Shown here: one piece after another, positions 54,401-57,921 of the stretch
How positions within the stretch are numbered: the first letter of the stretch is position 1
Layout of the letters: every line of letters starts with the position of its first letter
Assembly: GCA_043732485.1 (NCBI GenBank)
Contig: JAYTHP010000212.1
Location: forward strand, 1 to 57,921
Reading direction: 5' to 3'
Source: Oligoflexia bacterium
GTDB lineage: Bacteria; Bdellovibrionota; UBA1018
DNA: 57,921 nt
Translations under genes and position numbers: made by a program
The notes under the pieces: model-generated
What the model saw: the letters and a program-made list of their open reading frames with translations, nothing else
What the model was told of the DNA's origin: nothing
The model's database searches: none

Positions 54401-54638
54401 CCGTGTAAGTAGCACGCAACAGAATTTAGGCAATCCAAGCCCGAAAGTCTTTACACTCTCGCCGCTAGGATTTCCGCAATTTGGCTTGCGCCTCCAAGAA
54501 GCCACCCACCGCTTCCTAGGCTTCAACATTCCTGCAGGCCCCACACGGGTGGAGCTTAGGGATGAAAACTATGAATTGGTGTTTAGCGAGCTGGTCATTA
54601 CTTCGCCGCGAGTAATCAACATCGTCGGTCCGTACTAG
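51486..54638 (+). CDS. large (1050 aa) secreted/low-complexity protein of unknown function
   Basis: An N-terminal signal-like segment is present (VFLVKSLSLALTFSLLPPLSLTYLSAAAA). About 600 aa of Pro/Gln/Ser/Thr/Ala-rich sequence follow, including PRKKKKRRRRRP. The C-terminal ~400 aa look globular, with a beta-sandwich-like stretch (QVVVLGQPNAWAITQEEGRFEIPGVLIAGSYPLLLE). Confidence 0.6.
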   Translation: MTLPPTGPFALTRHHQKQRLVVRVFLVKSLSLALTFSLLPPLSLTYLSAAAANSLQDTQPSTLEQEAELAQTEVKDREIGQPGAQEIAQDAAQESVAQEVSGLPLLPESAGRAEAPQAEDQTAAILLPPEQTTQARTEAVADEVISDASKDTSNAASKDAPLTENEKMASIHDFLRQQFQQSVESQEDSPSTSSLSPPAEATRGDSDDLEDSSKDSREDLDQSKNAQPPGPPPGTSTYPPVALLTPLQAAATPSQPAQNPPETELVPLTLAANLLPVTLRTPQDRDGHSSEDLAVGGSSRSPHSSWRRLSSPHLASTTATPTTDDLQPTNRNSAAHQWGAAYLDALRTTQAAASLHSLPPAMPRKKKKRRRRRPQPHRSSRITSSSPTGQTYAPGTPTTSLLRQPDPTTAAPLPPSAGLWLTTLLRPTEGIPLKATPEILLEPLAQRMAQLEIQSLLESVMNLERNIERDVAESAEKPRETARSAPENKTDVSLQQIALRLAQLAPQSSPSASQPADPVHPTAKGQPGAQQNLTNAPRQAAAASTRPTSTTQQQQQNQLQAPLFSFVEAFDAEQTVLDPLAVETQGIPLNQPHTPATWGQVSLAQHGTTWVWLDPAPPTSQDLQTLPEARRSIPLISEQTETGLRMLESSLKRSHLLAQNPSASNAELLAAASERDSQKPTGLVYGQLKAGWRLTWAGAEQRQPPIYLSSHYELLEDPAVDSGNEPATLSYPPQQDRFFIYRKVSPGAHQLMLISLTDPSQALAVSFPVTGNQKTYLDLTQITGLDLVGQVQKLNRLEPFQFLPSNRHYQVVVLGQPNAWAITQEEGRFEIPGVLIAGSYPLLLETRHPREFTHRYQIRSEAATARRELQLIRVPNPLIEFWRHPVLAHFGQDEDADSSIMSGSRTGEDALLEGGGGDMPLGTSARSSRDEEWSEQTGIVVGFVAGLMAAWDERYILPNIYSLFSSGGRESSRVSSTQQNLGNPSPKVFTLSPLGFPQFGLRLQEATHRFLGFNIPAGPTRVELRDENYELVFSELVITSPRVINIVGPY

Positions 54639-54653
54639 GGAGCCGATTTTTTT
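54625..54653 (+). terminator. Rho-independent terminator overlapping the stop codon of the 1050-aa ORF
   Basis: A stem tcggtcc / gg(g)a(g)ccga with loop gtacta is followed by seven T (54647-54653). Confidence 0.65.
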
Positions 54654-55019
54654 CTACGTAGCCTAAGGCGTGAGGGTTTGACTTCCTGAGAACCTGCCGA
54701 TCCGCCCGGTCCACGCCTTTTTGTGGGCGCGACCCCCTACGGGGGAGTGCAAACCTCTCAGACAAGCGAAGCAAACGTCACGACCCTGATCATTAACGAG
54801 GCTGAATCAACCCTCATCGGTTGCTCTCTCGAAGAGCTAGCCCCAAGCGACAACAAAAACTAGCATCGCTTGCCCGGACTAAAAAAATAGGCTTCTTTTT
54901 TACCCCTACCGATACCAAAAGGGACCACCCAGATCCTGATTAACCTTACCTCGCCTACCTTCCCCTCCAGTAAAGCGCAATCAATACACACGACGGGGAT
55001 CGACTCATTAGTCGTGTTC

Positions 55020-56693
55020 CTACTGCATCAAAGGATACCCATCGGTATTGATTCCACTACTGTCATTAGGACAACCCCGCCATGGAAAGTTGGTGTAATA
55101 GTAAATATCGCTAAAAATAGTGTCGTTATATAGTCTACCTGAGCCGACAGCATCACAATTAAATTGGGTTGCAAATCCAATCGTCCGCAGCCAAGAATTC
55201 AAGCGCGTGCACTGCACGTCCTGGAAATTATCCGACCCCCCCTGACCCGGCTGCCAGGAGGAATTACTAGACTGCGTGCAACCTGAGCCGCTGCAAGCTG
55301 AGAAAACCAGCAAACTATGACCAGAGTCCACGTATTGCCTGAAAATAGTCTCAGTCCCAACCATCCAGGAACTAAATCCCATCAAGATCACGGCGTCGTA
55401 GTTATTAATCTGTTGCGCAAAAATGTTCGGGGCTGCACCCGCTACGGGATCCCAACTCACAGCACTAGAAGTGCTGAACCGAGTAAAAGTACCTCCGTCG
55501 TAGGACATGGTGCCACCTTTTGGTAACCAGGTCCACCAGCTCGATGCATTAGTGAACTGGTCATTGGTATAGCAGCCAGTTGGGCTAATCCCATTACCAG
55601 GCTCGAGAACTAAAATACGAGGATGAGTATTTGACAATGGAACAAGAGCACTCATTATATTAGCCCATAAATAATGCATTGTCGTTATTTGCTGAACGTC
55701 AGAATTAGTAATATTTTGCCAATGGTTAGACAGCCACAGTCCAGAAAAAGCAACTAAGTTTCCGCTACCAGCACCTAACGCCTGCGGAACGGCAATCGCC
55801 GCATGAGGAGTTCCTGAAGGCGCAGGCGTCAATGCCGTTGCGCAATACGGATAGGGATTATTAGCAACAAACCAGCCACTACTTGGGCAAGGAATTGGGG
55901 CATCAGGCGGCGCCCAGTCAGAGCCGTTACAAACCCAAATGCCTGATCCTAGCAGCGTACTGACACTGCCCATGGTCGCCGCACTGCAGGTGATCGCTGG
56001 AGGTCTACTTGCAGTCGTTGTTGGAAAAGGAGCGCTGCACTTAAAGACCGAATTGACCATTTCCATCGTGCCCCCTTGCGACGCACAAAGCCCATTGACG
56101 TCCACTGAGGAAGCGCAAGACTTAATCTGATGCGAAATAGGATCGACCGTGATAATGACTGGAAAGGTCGGATTGCTGGCCACGGTAGGGGAGGCCAGGG
56201 TGGTGACTTGCACTTGCAAGTTGGCAAGGTAGTTATAATAGATCGAGCCGTTGGCACCGACTGTCGCAATTGGACTTGGAGTCGCGCTGCTACCTGAGGG
56301 CAGCACCCACTGAAGATTCTGAACCTGCAAGTTTCCAAGCATCACCGAATTGTTGGCTTGATTGGGCTTCGGATACAGCGTCATGTTTGGCAACACCACG
56401 GCGCCATTGAGGGTGGCTGGGAACTTACTCACTGAGCTAGGGTCAAAGGTGACATGATTGGTCGTGAATGCTGTGCCGCAGGAAGTCACTTGGCCTAGCT
56501 GACTTGCGACCTGCGAGTGAAAAATGGCAAAACTGGAAGCCGACTGGGACTGGGCGTTCATGTTGCTGAGCATTTTAATCATCGGGGCTGAGGCCAGCAT
56601 TGCCGTGGTCCCAACTGCTAAAGAAGCCATCATTTCAACGAGGGTAAACCCGGATCTCAGGAGCGATATTTTTTTAAAAAACTTATTTCTCAT
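55020..56693 (-). CDS. prepilin-type (type IV pilin-like) protein with a Cys-rich domain and a ~290-aa C-terminal extension
   Basis: The N-terminus, MRNKFFKKISLLRSG/FTLVEMMASLAVGTTAML, is a class III signal (G|FTLVE). The middle domain is paralogous to 56896-57717. The C-terminal region is of unknown fold. Confidence 0.7.
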   Translation of the reverse strand: MRNKFFKKISLLRSGFTLVEMMASLAVGTTAMLASAPMIKMLSNMNAQSQSASSFAIFHSQVASQLGQVTSCGTAFTTNHVTFDPSSVSKFPATLNGAVVLPNMTLYPKPNQANNSVMLGNLQVQNLQWVLPSGSSATPSPIATVGANGSIYYNYLANLQVQVTTLASPTVASNPTFPVIITVDPISHQIKSCASSVDVNGLCASQGGTMEMVNSVFKCSAPFPTTTASRPPAITCSAATMGSVSTLLGSGIWVCNGSDWAPPDAPIPCPSSGWFVANNPYPYCATALTPAPSGTPHAAIAVPQALGAGSGNLVAFSGLWLSNHWQNITNSDVQQITTMHYLWANIMSALVPLSNTHPRILVLEPGNGISPTGCYTNDQFTNASSWWTWLPKGGTMSYDGGTFTRFSTSSAVSWDPVAGAAPNIFAQQINNYDAVILMGFSSWMVGTETIFRQYVDSGHSLLVFSACSGSGCTQSSNSSWQPGQGGSDNFQDVQCTRLNSWLRTIGFATQFNCDAVGSGRLYNDTIFSDIYYYTNFPWRGCPNDSSGINTDGYPLMQ

Positions 56694-56895
56694 ACTGATT
56701 TCTCATGATGACCACACACCTTTTCTCTTCTTATCGCCTCAGGGCACGAAAAAATTAAGCCCGAAAAATTTATAAGCAATCCCGATCAGTTGAGCACATC
56801 CACCTAGCCCACTCACCGACTTCTTACACCTCGTATTTTAGCGACTCCCCACCCTACACCACCTCACCCACCACCCTGCTCAATGGAAGGATTTT

Positions 56896-57717
56896 CTAGG
56901 GATTGCCCGATGATTGCCACAGGCCGTTATCGCCATTACAAGTCCAAAAACCTAAACCGATCTGATAGAACGAGGCACCACTGAAGGCAGCGGTGCACGA
57001 ACTGGTCGGCTGGGCTGTAACAATCGGGTAGGGAATGGCACAAGCAAAATTGCCAAACATCTGCCCTCCTAAGTTGTTGCAATTAGTAGTCTTATTCTGA
57101 GTCAGCGAGCATTTCAAGATAACATTTCCCGCCGTAGGATCGACTGAGACATTCAAGGCCAAATCGGTGTGCAAACTCACATTGGGATTCACGACACTCA
57201 CCGCGTTGAGCCGCAAAGTGGTTGGATACTGATAATAGATCGAGGGCGTGAACGAAAGGTGCGGGGTGTAGACGCTTGAAGAGGTCGGCGACGGAGCGGC
57301 TGCGGTCTGTCCTGCTGGGGTGTTAACGATCCAGGAAAGCCCGGTAACTCGCAGGTTATCGATGAAAAAGTTCTGTAAGGCCGCAGGTGAAGGATACAGC
57401 GTGAAGCCCGGCAAAACGAGTGGGGCATTTAACCCTGCCGACTCGGCTTGCGGTACGAAGGTGATGTTGTTTGCAGAAAATGCCGCCAAGCAATTGATAG
57501 GATTCTCAAGACTTAAGCTCATGAAATTGTTCAAATCACTAATCGAGATTTGCATCTGAGTGATGGTGCCACTTAGAAGCAAACTTCTTAGTGCAGGGAG
57601 AGTCGCCGTCATGATAGCCACCGTCAGTCCCATAACGAGCATGGCATCAATGAGGCCATAGCCACCCGCAGCCTTCGCACGCTGCGCTAAAACCTTTAGC
57701 CGTTCCTGTCTCATCAT
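56896..57717 (-). CDS. pilin-like protein with a non-canonical prepilin leader, paralogue of 55020-56693
   Basis: The leader is MMRQERLKVLAQRAKAAGG/YGLIDAMLVMGLTVAIMTA, with Asp where Glu5 is expected. It shares blocks with its neighbour (ITF.P, LVLPGFTLYP, L.V.GLSWIV, CA.P.P, FWTCNG). Confidence 0.55.
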   Translation of the reverse strand: MMRQERLKVLAQRAKAAGGYGLIDAMLVMGLTVAIMTATLPALRSLLLSGTITQMQISISDLNNFMSLSLENPINCLAAFSANNITFVPQAESAGLNAPLVLPGFTLYPSPAALQNFFIDNLRVTGLSWIVNTPAGQTAAAPSPTSSSVYTPHLSFTPSIYYQYPTTLRLNAVSVVNPNVSLHTDLALNVSVDPTAGNVILKCSLTQNKTTNCNNLGGQMFGNFACAIPYPIVTAQPTSSCTAAFSGASFYQIGLGFWTCNGDNGLWQSSGNP

Positions 57718-57840
57718 GCCTTACTCGCCCACGCAAGCATCAACACAACTTCTGGCTCGCACTCCCCAGTAGACTCGACTAAGAAAAGCAGTATGCCTAA
57801 CATTGCCCTTAGTTCCCTACCTTAACCGAGGTTAGCTCCG

Positions 57841-57916
57841 GAAAAAACTGCCCTAAGCCACTGCCTACGTTACTATTATCAGAGTGCATGGTGACTTGGT
57901 ACTGAAAAAACTGCCC
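57841..57916. repeat. 13-bp direct repeat (gaaaaaactgccc) present twice, 63 bp apart, upstream of the pilin-like genes
   Basis: Read directly at 57841-57853 and 57904-57916. Confidence 0.8.
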
Positions 57917-57921
57917 CGTAA

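Noticed and set aside
57718-57921. A sigma-54 promoter upstream of the pilin-like genes (GGCAAT-N-GCATA on the minus strand).
   Set aside because: The GG-to-GC spacing is one base short of the TGGCAC-N5-TTGCW geometry, and the flanking bases do not match. Only the 13-bp direct repeat is reported.

Overview
This is a 57.9-kb chromosomal window from a moderately GC-rich Gram-negative-type bacterium, judged from kdsB, tatA and prepilin-like proteins. The order mnmG-rsmG-parS-parA-parB-bactofilin followed by F1Fo genes resembles Bdellovibrionota/Myxococcota-style genomes, but the lineage cannot be proven without a database search. Most of the window is housekeeping: yggS, maf, tatA, queF, a kdsB-aroA-aroB-aroC operon, mnmG/rsmG, parAB plus bactofilin, and atpF'FHAGDC. 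The clear accessory module is a complete light-driven proton-pump photosystem on the minus strand at 22.1-29.2 kb. It consists of a xanthorhodopsin/Gloeobacter-type rhodopsin with a DTE motif, followed by crtE, crtI, crtB, crtY and blh for autonomous retinal synthesis. This module sits beside tRNA-Ser(GCU) and two decayed toxin/antitoxin-type genes (Fic, AbiEi), which looks like the scar of horizontal acquisition. Other notable items:
- a sigma-less partner-switching trio (HAMP-PP2C phosphatase, STAS with a zinc ribbon, RsbW-like kinase);
- two tandem paralogous multi-PAS histidine kinases with no response regulator in the window;
- a histidine-phosphatase::EPSP-synthase fusion;
- a Rieske oxygenase with a very long insert inside its cluster-binding motif;
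- a parS site embedded in a 44-bp perfect palindrome;
- a 1050-aa low-complexity secreted protein;
- two paralogous Cys-rich pilin-like proteins;
- an Ig-like lipoprotein gene broken by two in-frame stops.
I saw no transposase, integrase, CRISPR array or rRNA. All functional calls rest on motifs read from the translations; no homology search was possible.
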